The notes beneath the pieces are model-generated. The model was not told the origin of the DNA. It made no database searches and worked only from the letters and a program-made list of their open reading frames with translations. This document shows positions 7,166 through 16,972 of a stretch of 64,000 nt of DNA, one piece after another; the stretch's first letter is position 1, and every line of letters starts with the position of its first letter. The stretch is from Candidatus Latescibacterota bacterium. GTDB lineage: Bacteria > Latescibacterota > UBA2968. The position numbers and the translations under genes are program-made. The stretch lies in contig OZ244960.1 in NCBI GenBank assembly GCA_965222605.1, positions 4,064,001 through 4,128,000 on the forward strand, in the 5' to 3' direction.

Positions 7166-10100
7166 ATGTTTGAAAAGGTGGATGCACATGTGAATTTTCC
7201 CAAAGAGGAAGAAAAGGTACTTGCTTTTTGGGATGAGATCAGAGCATTTGAAAAATCGCTCGAGATCAGAAAGAATAACGACGAATACGTTTTTTACGAT
7301 GGGCCGCCTTTTGCGACGGGTCTGCCGCATTACGGACACTTGCTGGCCGGGACGATCAAAGATGTAATCCCGCGCTATCAAACCATGAATGGCAAATACG
7401 TAGATCGCGTCTTTGGATGGGACTGTCACGGGTTGCCCGTAGAATACGAACTCAGCCAGGAACTGGGGCTGAATAGCAAACACGAGATTGAAGAGTACGG
7501 GATTGCGGAATACAATGAGGCCTGCCGGGGCATTGTCTTGCGTTATACTGCCGAATGGCGACAATTTGTCAAACGCATTGGGCGCTGGGTCGATTTTGAA
7601 AACGGGTACCGCACGATGGATCGCGACTACATGGAGTCCATCTGGTGGGTGTTCAAACAGCTTTGGGACAAAGGCTTGATTTACGAGGGGCACAAAATTT
7701 TGCCTTACTGCCCCCAGGATGCGACGCCGCTGTCCAATTTTGAGGCCAATCAGGGTTATGAATCCGTGCAGGATCCGGCTATTACCGTTGCGTTCAAACT
7801 CAAAGACGAACCGGATACGTATCTTCTGGCGTGGACGACAACGCCCTGGACACTGCCGTCCAATCTGGCTCTGACCGTGCATGAAGATGTGGATTACGCC
7901 TATGTCAAAGATGGGGATGTGACGTACGTCCTCGCTGAAGCGCGTGTGGATACCTATTATCCCGCAGGCAGACCCGAGATCGTTAAGACCGCAAAGGGAA
8001 AAGATCTCCTCGACATGCAATACGAACCGCTTTTTCCCTATTTTGAAGATTTGCGCGCCCAGGGGGCGTTCCGCATCATCACAGCCGAGTTTGTCACTAC
8101 TGAAGAAGGAACGGGTATTGTCCACACGGCACCTGGATTTGGCGAAGACGATGCCGAAGCCGGTCGCGTTCACGGCGTTCCATCTGTATGTCCGATTGAT
8201 GCCGAATGCCGTTTTACCTCTGAAGTGAGTGATTATGAAGGACGTTTTGTCAAAGACTGTGATAACGATATTGTGAATCGCTTAAAAAAAGAGGGCAAAC
8301 TCGTACACCGCTCTACACATCACCACAGTTATCCCCACTGCTGGCGGTGTGAGTCGCCCCTTATTTACAGGGCGATTTCGACGTGGTTTGTCAATATTGA
8401 GGAGATTAAAGACCAGATGATCCGTGCCAACGCGCAGATCCACTGGGTGCCCGAACATATCAAAGCGGGGCGTTTTGGCAATTGGCTGGAAGGCGCGCGA
8501 GATTGGGCGATTTCCCGCAATCGCTATTGGGGCTGTCCGCTTCCGTTGTGGCGAAATGAAGAGACGGGTGAGACCGTGTGTGTTGGTTCTATCGGCGAAC
8601 TCGAAGAGCGCACGGGGGGGGAATTTGACGATATCCACAAACATTTTATAGATCCCGTGATCATCGAAGGTGAAACTGGACCTCTTACCCGCGTGCCCGA
8701 AGTTCTCGACTGCTGGTTTGAAAGCGGTTCTATGCCTTATGCACAACGCCATTACCCGTTTGAAAACAAAGATTGGCTGGACGCGCATTTCCCGGCAGAT
8801 TTTATCGCAGAGGGATTGGACCAGACACGCGGCTGGTTTTACACGCTTGTCGTGCTCGGCGCTGCCCTTTTCGACCGTCCGCCGTTCGAAAATGTCGTTG
8901 TCAACGGTATGATTTTAGCCGAAGATGGGCGCAAAATGTCCAAGCGATTGAAGAATTATCCCGATCCCATGCATGTTATGGATACTTATGGTGCCGATGC
9001 CCTGCGTCTCAATATGCTGTCTTCACCTGTGGTGCGCGGCGAAGACCTCGCTTTTTCGGAACAGGGGGTTCAAAAGACGATGCGCAGTGTCCTGCTGCCT
9101 TTGTGGAATGCGTACAGTTTTCTTGTCACTTATGCGCGTGTTGACAACTGGCAGCCCACATCGGAACGATCGGATCATCCGCTCGATCGCTGGATTCGCG
9201 CGCGCTTGAATCATCTGGTGCGCGATATTCGCCAGGGTCTGGATCAGTGTCATTTGCAAACAGCGGCCACGCGATTTGCAACATTTATCGACGATATGAC
9301 CAATTGGTATATCCGACGCAGCCGACGGCGATTCTGGAAGAGCGATAATGACAGCGATAAATTGTCTGCTTATGCGACCCTGTATCACGTGCTCTTGACG
9401 CTGGTCAAGGCTCTGGCTCCTTTCGCGCCGTTTATCACGGAAACCATCTACCGAAATTTGCGCGCGAGCGATATGCCGGAATCCGTACATTTGTGTGATT
9501 ATCCCGATGTGATCGAAGCCGATCTCGACGAAAAGCTCGAGCAGCAGATGGCGCGCACGCGAACTGCGGTTGGGTTGGGCAGATTCTTGCGTAGTCAGGC
9601 CAATGCCAGAACCCGACACCCGTTGCGCACGGCGATTCTCGTGTCCATGCACGACGATGTGCGCGAAGACCTTATGGCATTACAAGATATTGTCGCGGAT
9701 GAGTTAAATGTGAAACGCGTGGATATTCGCGCCAATGAAGAGGAAGTCGTGACGCTTTCTGCAAAAGCCAATTTCCGAGTGTTGGGTCCACGTTTGGGAA
9801 AAAATATGAAGGTGGCTGCGGGGAAAATTGCCGGTCTCGGCTTTGAAGAAATCCAATCTCTGCGCGAAGGCCATGCGATTACATTGGAACTGAATGGTGC
9901 GGGTCCCCTGGAACTCACGGTTGATGATATTCTGATCCAGCGCGAAGAGAAAGAAGATATGCCTGTGGCAAATGAAGGCGATATTACGGTGGCACTGGAT
10001 TTGTATAGGGATGAAGATTTGATGCGCGAAGGTCTGGCGCGTGAGATTGTCCATGTTATTCAAAATATCCGCAGGGAGAAGGGGCTGGATGTGTCAGATC

Positions 10101-10276
10101 GGATTGCAGTGACATATAGCGTGTCAGATGAAGTGGCACCTGTTTTCGATCAGTTTCGGGATTATATCATGGGTGAGACGCTTTGCACGACATTGGTTCG
10201 CGCAGATGAGGTGGGTGGCGATGCGGTTGATATTGAGGGTTATACTGCAGTGTTTGAGATTAAAGTTGAAGGTTAG
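7166..10276 (+). CDS. ileS: Isoleucine--tRNA ligase, type 2
   Basis: DGPPFATGLPHYGH, GWDCHGLP, WTTTPWT, KMSKR; type-2 C-terminus; AAGGAG RBS before ATG 7166. Confidence 0.97.
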   Translation: MFEKVDAHVNFPKEEEKVLAFWDEIRAFEKSLEIRKNNDEYVFYDGPPFATGLPHYGHLLAGTIKDVIPRYQTMNGKYVDRVFGWDCHGLPVEYELSQELGLNSKHEIEEYGIAEYNEACRGIVLRYTAEWRQFVKRIGRWVDFENGYRTMDRDYMESIWWVFKQLWDKGLIYEGHKILPYCPQDATPLSNFEANQGYESVQDPAITVAFKLKDEPDTYLLAWTTTPWTLPSNLALTVHEDVDYAYVKDGDVTYVLAEARVDTYYPAGRPEIVKTAKGKDLLDMQYEPLFPYFEDLRAQGAFRIITAEFVTTEEGTGIVHTAPGFGEDDAEAGRVHGVPSVCPIDAECRFTSEVSDYEGRFVKDCDNDIVNRLKKEGKLVHRSTHHHSYPHCWRCESPLIYRAISTWFVNIEEIKDQMIRANAQIHWVPEHIKAGRFGNWLEGARDWAISRNRYWGCPLPLWRNEETGETVCVGSIGELEERTGGEFDDIHKHFIDPVIIEGETGPLTRVPEVLDCWFESGSMPYAQRHYPFENKDWLDAHFPADFIAEGLDQTRGWFYTLVVLGAALFDRPPFENVVVNGMILAEDGRKMSKRLKNYPDPMHVMDTYGADALRLNMLSSPVVRGEDLAFSEQGVQKTMRSVLLPLWNAYSFLVTYARVDNWQPTSERSDHPLDRWIRARLNHLVRDIRQGLDQCHLQTAATRFATFIDDMTNWYIRRSRRRFWKSDNDSDKLSAYATLYHVLLTLVKALAPFAPFITETIYRNLRASDMPESVHLCDYPDVIEADLDEKLEQQMARTRTAVGLGRFLRSQANARTRHPLRTAILVSMHDDVREDLMALQDIVADELNVKRVDIRANEEEVVTLSAKANFRVLGPRLGKNMKVAAGKIAGLGFEEIQSLREGHAITLELNGAGPLELTVDDILIQREEKEDMPVANEGDITVALDLYRDEDLMREGLAREIVHVIQNIRREKGLDVSDRIAVTYSVSDEVAPVFDQFRDYIMGETLCTTLVRADEVGGDAVDIEGYTAVFEIKVEG

Positions 10277-10325
10277 AAAAAAAAGGGCGTCAGGAGAGGG
10301 GCGGTTATACCTATTCCTGACGCTT
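10277..10325. terminator. Terminator between convergent genes
   Basis: A8-GGGCGTCAGGA ... TCCTGACGCTT stem; U-tract on the minus strand. Confidence 0.7.
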
Positions 10326-10345
10326 GACTAAAGATTTGGAGTGCT

Positions 10346-10588
10346 TCATTTTCTGTTTTTGTACAAACCAAAAATACCCACCGCGATCAATATACCCGCT
10401 GTTGGTCCCGCTATATCCAGCCCCAACCAGAATCCTTCTTTCCACTCGACGCTCTCAGTGCCAAACATTTCATCTACTACCACCACTTGCTGCTTGTTTT
10501 TCGTAAAAATCTGCGTGCCGTCCATTGCCCACTTTGCGCCTATACCTATTACGAGCACAAACGCGATTGCGCTGATGATTTTCCACAT
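10346..10588 (-). CDS. Small two-TM membrane protein
   Basis: 80 aa, two hydrophobic helices flanking DEMFGT..W..GFWLGLD, GGAG RBS. Confidence 0.7.
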   Translation of the reverse strand: MWKIISAIAFVLVIGIGAKWAMDGTQIFTKNKQQVVVVDEMFGTESVEWKEGFWLGLDIAGPTAGILIAVGIFGLYKNRK

Positions 10589-10607
10589 GGGTTACTCCGA
10601 ATAGGTG

Positions 10608-11750
10608 CTAATAAAACACATGCAATTGCAGTGCGTAGCGCGATGAGCGAAAGGTTTCTGTGTCGAGGATGCGATATTCGGGGCGCAATTCGATTTGCGG
10701 TGTGAGAAAGATTTGCATGCCAAATACAGCCTGGCGGGTCATCAAATCAATAGGGCGCGCTGAAGTGCGGATATGCGTCACTTCGCCGCGTTCTCCCCGC
10801 GCAAACAAAAGCCATCCGGGTATTGCTTGAAGCGTGATATCAACCGAAGCGGTTTTTGCCTCGCGTGCGCCATCCTTATCGGATAGGACATATTCGGCCA
10901 TGACGGCGATCTTGTCCTGCAATCCGACGCCCGCAAAGAGGTTTGTCATTAAAAAATCGCCGTTTTTGAGCCACGACGCTCCCAGATAAAAATTCATTTT
11001 CTGTTCGACCAATCTGGGCCACAAGACCACACGGCCCAGGAACGAAGGTTTGTCGCGGTCTTCGATCAAAGAGGCGTCTCGTACGGTATTTTCAGAGAGT
11101 GCGCGGGCAGAATAAATACCTGCGGTTAGCGATAGCCACAATTTTTTGTAATAATGCACTTCTGCGCCGTATTCTGCGTAATTGGGCGCGATAAGCGATG
11201 TGGCCCCGGCAACATCGGGCGTTTGTCGCACGAGCATGGTGTGGTCGTCATACCGCATGCCAATGGATGGCTGGAAATGCCCTGCGCGCAATGCAGGCCA
11301 GTTGTAATTGGGCTGATAAATTGCCGATGCGGTCCACGCGCGCTGTCCATTGTATTTTTTTGGACCGAAATTATACGAGCCTTCGATTTTTAAGGCATTT
11401 GAGGGGCGGGCAACGCTATATAGCGCGACCTGCATCGGAAATACTTTGCGTTCGGCTTCTGGCGATGTATGTGATCGCGCCATTTGTCCGCGGATATCCG
11501 CACCCATGAGTATCAGGCCATCGGCATAAGCGGTCTTTCCCGGCAAAACGTAATTGGGTGCGAGCAATCCCACGCCGTCCATTGAATACTGCCCCAATTC
11601 ATCTCGCTGCGCCCCGCCCTGCGCGGTGATGTGACAGTTCACACACCGATTGGCAGTCAGCAATGCAAACTGCGAGAGGGCATCCGCCTGCCCCACAGAG
11701 CCTATCAGGATTAACAGCCCGAATAACCTAAAATACGCGGTATTGCTCAT
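10608..11750 (-). CDS. Outer-membrane beta-barrel with an N-terminal CxxCH motif
   Basis: Signal peptide, CVNCH..GG, porin-like strands ending LHVFY. Confidence 0.7.
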   Translation of the reverse strand: MSNTAYFRLFGLLILIGSVGQADALSQFALLTANRCVNCHITAQGGAQRDELGQYSMDGVGLLAPNYVLPGKTAYADGLILMGADIRGQMARSHTSPEAERKVFPMQVALYSVARPSNALKIEGSYNFGPKKYNGQRAWTASAIYQPNYNWPALRAGHFQPSIGMRYDDHTMLVRQTPDVAGATSLIAPNYAEYGAEVHYYKKLWLSLTAGIYSARALSENTVRDASLIEDRDKPSFLGRVVLWPRLVEQKMNFYLGASWLKNGDFLMTNLFAGVGLQDKIAVMAEYVLSDKDGAREAKTASVDITLQAIPGWLLFARGERGEVTHIRTSARPIDLMTRQAVFGMQIFLTPQIELRPEYRILDTETFRSSRYALQLHVFY

Positions 11751-11790
11751 GTTATACCTGTATTATTTTGATCCGTTCTGAGTTTGTTCA

Positions 11791-12372
11791 TCATCCTGTT
11801 CCTCCATAAGTTTGTCCATCTCCGGGAGAATTGCCGCCGAAGATCACTTGCTGGCCGGTCAGGTCGCGCAGAAAGATTTGCAATCGAATGATGTGTACAT
11901 TGCCCGCCCCCATGCGCATGTTCAGGCCATCTATAACTGCTGGCGTCATAAAATCGAGATTCTGCTGCAGAAAAGTGGCCCCATCGAGATAATCTGCGAA
12001 AGCGGCTTCAAATTCCTCGGTGTGCAGCCTGAGCAAATACGGATTTGCGGGGCGCATGTCGTGTAAGGTAGATTGAATGGCGTTAAGCCGCGCGATCATG
12101 TTGCTTATAAATTGCCACGACCAATAGATTGGGACCAAGCCATTCGTGACCTCGACCGTTACACCGCCGTATTCTGCAAAAAAGACGTCAATAGATAAAA
12201 AAACCCGGTTGATGTCGGCGATATAGGCGTTGACTTCATCCACAGTGACGTGGTCATAGATCTGTTCAGCAGGTGGTTCGGGCGCAGGTGTCACGGGATT
12301 GGACGCACCACACCCCAGAGACAACGCCAGCAGTGCAAAACACAAAAGCCATCGTTTCATAAAAAGCCTCAT
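11791..12372 (-). CDS. Hypothetical lipoprotein
   Basis: Lipobox LSLGC; ATGA overlap with the upstream gene. Confidence 0.7.
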   Translation of the reverse strand: MRLFMKRWLLCFALLALSLGCGASNPVTPAPEPPAEQIYDHVTVDEVNAYIADINRVFLSIDVFFAEYGGVTVEVTNGLVPIYWSWQFISNMIARLNAIQSTLHDMRPANPYLLRLHTEEFEAAFADYLDGATFLQQNLDFMTPAVIDGLNMRMGAGNVHIIRLQIFLRDLTGQQVIFGGNSPGDGQTYGGTG

Positions 12373-12884
12373 TCGTTTTGTCCCATATACAGCAGACGCC
12401 GTTTCTGATATCTTCTGGTATTGTTCAAAAAGCGCGCTACTTCGTCATCTGACAATGTGCGACGCGGTTTGGCGGGTACACCGGCGACAAGTGTGCGCGG
12501 TGCGACCTCTGCCCCCTCCAATATCAGCGCGTGGGCAGCTACCAGTGCTGATTCGCCAACAGCCGAGCCAGTTAACACAGTTGCCCCCATTCCGATGGTC
12601 ACGCCCTGTTCTATTTGACAACCGTGCAAGATCGCATTGTGCCCTACGGTTACATTTTTGCCAACATTACAGGGATAGCCCGGGTCGGTATGCACCACAA
12701 CGCCGTCCTGAATATTCGAGCCTTCGCCGATCACAATGGGTTCAACATCGCCCCGAATCACGGCATTGAACCAGATGCTCGCGCGGGCACCGATTACCAC
12801 ATCGCCAATTACAACAGCACCGGGCGCGATATAAGCCGACGGATCGATGTGAGGGGTTTTGTCCTTATAAGGCAAAATCGTCAT
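12369..12884 (-). CDS. Gamma-carbonic anhydrase family (YrdA/PaaY-like) protein
   Basis: Hexapeptide repeats; NIQDG..H, VGH..ILHG and GVPAK motifs. Confidence 0.92.
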   Translation of the reverse strand: MTILPYKDKTPHIDPSAYIAPGAVVIGDVVIGARASIWFNAVIRGDVEPIVIGEGSNIQDGVVVHTDPGYPCNVGKNVTVGHNAILHGCQIEQGVTIGMGATVLTGSAVGESALVAAHALILEGAEVAPRTLVAGVPAKPRRTLSDDEVARFLNNTRRYQKRRLLYMGQNE

Positions 12885-12888
12885 TGAG

Positions 12889-13848
12889 TTATTTCCGTTT
12901 GTCACCCTCAACGGGACCCAGTGTGAAAGTCTTGCCGCTTTGCGTGGCTCTGGCACCTGTCACCAGCCCGCTTACAAAACCAAAGATGCCAAAAATTGCG
13001 GCGGCCCAGATTGTCGTCTCTTTGACGTCGGAATTGGTCTGCCAGGCGGCAAGTGCCCCGGTCAATGCGCCCGTTAAGGCTCCTCCAATTCCCTGTAAAA
13101 TTGCCCGTTCCATCGCCACGGAGCCGCGTTCCCCAAAGAATTGTACTTTTTGAATTTTATCTATGGCGACTTTTTGAACGCTCAATTCCGTCTCGATCAA
13201 AATGTTATCATCTTCGTATAGGGGTACAAATTCGCCTTTGATTTTTTTACCATCCTTCAGGGTGATCATTCCGGGGAAGCGCGTTTGCACCCGGAAGCGC
13301 GTCTTGCGTTCCTGAAAAGAGATGACATCCTCGGTATATTGCGGATAGGTCTCGTCTATTTTGGAGGAGTCTGCAATTGTGTACTCGCCTTTTACGATTT
13401 CATCGAAGTGTTCGACGTATTCTCTCAAGCGGCGCAGATCATTATCACTTTGCACATTCACCAGCTGTGTTTCAATGCGAGGGCCTGATCGATATTGAAT
13501 TTTAATGGCGAGTTTGCCATTGTCTTGCTTTATAAATTCGGCAAATTGAAATCCCGCTACGCCCAGATGCAAGATTGGAAGATCTATTTTTTGAGAATAA
13601 ATGGTTATTCCCTGAAACAAAGCGTAGCGATTGCTCTCCTCTAAATCGATTTGAGGACCCACCCGGGGGCTTAATACAATGCGCGTGCCCGATACCTGTC
13701 GCACATCGACAATCTCCCAGCCATCATGTCCCAATTGGTAAATCCCGCGCTCGTATTGCGTTTTTTTTTCGCTTTCTGCTGCCCGAACAGGACAAACCGC
13801 AAGCAAAAGGCTCATCGCAGTGATTAATGAAATCGATTTTTTAATCAT
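12889..13848 (-). CDS. Hypothetical exported protein with a C-terminal glycine-rich TM hairpin
   Basis: Signal peptide MIKKSISL..VRA, GAGGAG RBS, GxxxG-rich C-terminus. Confidence 0.65.
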   Translation of the reverse strand: MIKKSISLITAMSLLLAVCPVRAAESEKKTQYERGIYQLGHDGWEIVDVRQVSGTRIVLSPRVGPQIDLEESNRYALFQGITIYSQKIDLPILHLGVAGFQFAEFIKQDNGKLAIKIQYRSGPRIETQLVNVQSDNDLRRLREYVEHFDEIVKGEYTIADSSKIDETYPQYTEDVISFQERKTRFRVQTRFPGMITLKDGKKIKGEFVPLYEDDNILIETELSVQKVAIDKIQKVQFFGERGSVAMERAILQGIGGALTGALTGALAAWQTNSDVKETTIWAAAIFGIFGFVSGLVTGARATQSGKTFTLGPVEGDKRK

Positions 13849-13863
13849 GAAGTTCTCCTCTAT

Positions 13864-13910
13864 TGTTCGGCCTCTGGCCGAACAAAAAGCCACCCGCAAA
13901 GCGGGTGGTC
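13864..13910 (-). terminator. Terminator plus an adjacent second hairpin
   Basis: ACCACCCGC-TTT-GCGGGTGGC-TTTTT on the minus strand, followed by TGTTCGGCC-N3-GGCCGAACA. Confidence 0.7.
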
Positions 13911-13912
13911 GT

Positions 13913-14533
13913 TTACTCACCGCAAATTGCCTCGGAAATGCCATCTAAAATATACGGGCGATACTTGCGAAATTGCAGGCGGGGATGAAACCAGGTACCG
14001 TCGGGATCTGATGTGCCGGGGACCGGGACCATGCTGGTCAGGTCAATTCTGGATAATGTCGCCTCTCCCAAAAACCATTCTGCAATTTGTTTTGCCGTGC
14101 GATTTGGCCGACCATTTTCTATGGCAATTTCTCTGTCCATAGGAAAAAATAGCGCGCCATCTCCCAATACGGATACATCGTTTTGGTATGCCAGTGCGGC
14201 TTCGGTTATTTGGCCGGGTTCCGGTATGAAAACACCTGTTACACACGCAATATCCTCTTTGGACACCACGTCGCTAAATAGCGTACGAATGCGATTTAGC
14301 AGTCCGCCATAGTTATCTAAAAGATGTGACGACCGGGGGTTCACGCCAGCTTGAAGAAGGCCCAGTGTATTGTAGCGCGAACACTCGGATACAAAATCGT
14401 CTTCATTGTCAAATAGTCCCACGCCGATCAAATTTTCGCCATCCAGGACATTGAGTTGCGTGAGGCCCAAATCTGACTTGTGCTGAAGCAAATCGTAAAA
14501 ACGCCGCACATCCCGCTCGTGAAAACGCTTCAT
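13913..14533 (-). CDS. Hypothetical protein, degenerate RepB'/AEP primase-like fold
   Basis: GLFDN..F, GVNPR, DI and D...VPGT spacing resemble primase-polymerase N-domains; ATGA overlap with argH. Confidence 0.5.
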   Translation of the reverse strand: MKRFHERDVRRFYDLLQHKSDLGLTQLNVLDGENLIGVGLFDNEDDFVSECSRYNTLGLLQAGVNPRSSHLLDNYGGLLNRIRTLFSDVVSKEDIACVTGVFIPEPGQITEAALAYQNDVSVLGDGALFFPMDREIAIENGRPNRTAKQIAEWFLGEATLSRIDLTSMVPVPGTSDPDGTWFHPRLQFRKYRPYILDGISEAICGE

Positions 14534-15921
14534 CCAGACGCCTCTCCATCGGTCAGCAAACGCCGCCCTGCTTCGATCTGTCTCAAAACAGAATCGCGTC
14601 CTGTTCCGCCATCCAGATTGCGCTGTGCTGTACTGGCTTCTGTGGACAAAATTGCTTGCACATCGGTATCGAATACCTCAGATGCTGCGCGCAATGTCTG
14701 CATGTCCAATTCTTCTAACTTTTGCCCACGCGCCAGAGCAGTTCTTACCAGTTCCCCAACGATGCGGTGACATTTGCGAAAAGGCACGCCCTTTCGCACC
14801 AGATAATCGGCCAGGTCGGTGGCTAAAATGGTGCCATCTATTGCATCGGCCATCCGCTCGCCTTTAATTTTCATGGTCTGCCATACACCTGCGAAGACAG
14901 ACAGGGACATCTGTACGGTTTCTGCGGTATCGAAGACGGGTTCTTTGTCTTCTTGCATATCTTTGGCATACGCCAGTGATACGCCTTTCATCACGGTGAG
15001 CAGAGACATCGTGTTGCCGTACACGCGTCCTGTTTTGCCGCGCACCAGTTCCAGTGAATCGGGGTTCTTTTTTTGCGGCATCATGCTCGATCCGGTGCTG
15101 AAGGCATCGTCCAATTCGATAAATCCAAATTCAGAAGACGACCAGATAATCAGATCTTCGCAAAATCGGCTCAAGTGCCCCATCAATATGGATGACGCCG
15201 ACAAATACTCCAGGAAATAATCGCGGTCACTGACTGCATCAATGCTGTTTTCAGTGATGCGATCAAACCCCAGTTCCTCGCGCAGAAATTCTCGATCAAC
15301 CGGGTACGCACTTCCCGCCAACGCGCCCGATCCCAGGGGCATGGCATTTGCGCGTTTCCAACAGTCTTCAAACCGCGAGCGGTCGCGTGACAACATCCAG
15401 AACAGGGCCATGGCATAATGCGAAAATCGGATCGGTTGTGCCTGTTGCACGTGCGTATATCCCGGCATTACGACATCGAGATGCGCTTCGGCAACATCTA
15501 AGACCACGCCCATTACCTGCTCGATCTGCGCGAGTGTGTTGGCGACTGCCTCGCGCAAGAACAGACGCTCGTCCAGGGCGATTTGATCGTTGCGACTGCG
15601 TCCTGTGTGAATTTTCGCGCCGGCATCGCCCGCCAATTCCGTCAAGCGCTTTTCCACTGCGGTGTGTATGTCTTCCAGATCATCCGTCAATGGCAAAGTG
15701 CCCGCGTCGAGTTCACGCTCCACACGATTTAGACCTTTGAGGATGCGTTCCTGTTCCTGTTTTGTCAAGACACCCATTCGGGCCAATGCGCGGGCTTGCG
15801 CTCGGCTGCCTTCAATATCCATTTTGTACAAACGCCGATCAAAACTAATGGATGCATTGAACTTTTCCATTAGTTTTTCAGTCGATCCCGCAAATCGCCC
15901 TCCCCAGAGCTTTTCAGCCAT
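14530..15921 (-). CDS. argH: Argininosuccinate lyase
   Basis: LWGGRF, HTGRSRNDQ, GSSMMPQKKNPD; GAGAGG RBS before ATG 15921. Confidence 0.97.
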   Translation of the reverse strand: MAEKLWGGRFAGSTEKLMEKFNASISFDRRLYKMDIEGSRAQARALARMGVLTKQEQERILKGLNRVERELDAGTLPLTDDLEDIHTAVEKRLTELAGDAGAKIHTGRSRNDQIALDERLFLREAVANTLAQIEQVMGVVLDVAEAHLDVVMPGYTHVQQAQPIRFSHYAMALFWMLSRDRSRFEDCWKRANAMPLGSGALAGSAYPVDREFLREELGFDRITENSIDAVSDRDYFLEYLSASSILMGHLSRFCEDLIIWSSSEFGFIELDDAFSTGSSMMPQKKNPDSLELVRGKTGRVYGNTMSLLTVMKGVSLAYAKDMQEDKEPVFDTAETVQMSLSVFAGVWQTMKIKGERMADAIDGTILATDLADYLVRKGVPFRKCHRIVGELVRTALARGQKLEELDMQTLRAASEVFDTDVQAILSTEASTAQRNLDGGTGRDSVLRQIEAGRRLLTDGEASG

Positions 15922-15945
15922 GGCGCATTTCCTCTCAACAGAGCC

Positions 15946-16170
15946 GTCATCGCGGCATGGTCCCCTGCTTAAACCATGCAGGAGCAGGGCCGAGCCGCGA
16001 TCCAGATTTTTGCCTGTCATTGTGGCATGGTTCCCTGCTTAAACCATACAGAGCCTGCCCTTGAGGGGGTTAATCAAGGGGGCAAGGCCGAACCGCCACG
16101 CCGCAGGCACAACGTCAGTAATCCAGAAGGTTTTGGTTGTCATTGCGGCATGGTTTTAGCCGCAATCCAG
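15946..16170. repeat. Three tandem GTCATTGCGGC...GCCGCAATCCAG palindromic repeats, two with nested inserts
   Basis: Copies at 15946-16005, 16016-16126 and 16139-16170. Confidence 0.8.
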
Positions 16171-16231
16171 CCTGTCAAATAAAAATAACAAATATTAGCG
16201 AATTTTTTTCAAAGGCCAATAACTACTCCGC

Positions 16232-16972
16232 TCACTGAAATTTAGCGAGCACAGTTCCCAGTTCGCGGAGAGAATTGTTGCGTGATAATGTGTGTCGGTC
16301 AATGAGCACATGTTCAGCTACTTCGGGTGACATGTTTTCACGATACTGCTGCCTTCTGATATTTCTGTGAGGCAGGTTTGGATTGAGTGCAAGCAGTATT
16401 TTTTCAGATAACTCAATCAAGTATTCTTTAGCACCTCTGCCTCCTGTTTCCGCTTCGACGATGTATTCCGTATTACCTTTTTGATAACGCCGGACCAATT
16501 GTGTAAACGGTCGGTTTTCGGAAACGCGATCACGGCAATTTTCCCTGTACTGTGCGACTTTGCTGGCGAAATAACAGAAAATCCCCAGACAATCAATCAA
16601 CAACCACGCTTCAAGTTCTTGGACAGCAGGTGCGAGAAATACTTTGCCAGTAAAACGGCTGTTCTCAACAACCCGCGTGATCTGATTGATAAGGGAATTG
16701 GGTTCTTGTCGTCGTTGATGTGCTGACATCGGCCCATCTCTGTCGATAACGAAAATAACACAATCATCTTGTTTGAGATAATTCTGAACTGCCATCCCCA
16801 GTATATCGCTTGGAGATGCACCTCTTTGATTTCGCTTTGGGACTGCCTGTGGACCTACAGTTTGGATAGATAGATTCTCAAGTTCCAGATGTCTCACCAG
16901 CTTATTTGCCAAACATTTGACCGCTTTGGCATCAATATCTGATTCCAAAGTCCAGATTCTTATGTTTGGCAC
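16232..16972 (-). CDS. DUF4276/TOPRIM-like protein
   Basis: N-terminal ES..D, VIFVIDRD and AVQELEAWLL motifs; GTG start overlapping the ATPase gene. Confidence 0.7.
   Translation of the reverse strand: MPNIRIWTLESDIDAKAVKCLANKLVRHLELENLSIQTVGPQAVPKRNQRGASPSDILGMAVQNYLKQDDCVIFVIDRDGPMSAHQRRQEPNSLINQITRVVENSRFTGKVFLAPAVQELEAWLLIDCLGIFCYFASKVAQYRENCRDRVSENRPFTQLVRRYQKGNTEYIVEAETGGRGAKEYLIELSEKILLALNPNLPHRNIRRQQYRENMSPEVAEHVLIDRHTLSRNNSLRELGTVLAKFQ

Noticed and set aside
7163-9652. Long antisense ORFs within ileS (also 48053-49195, 50280-51080, 57419-58084, 58801-59481)
   Set aside because: Shadow frames of well-supported genes with no recognisable motifs
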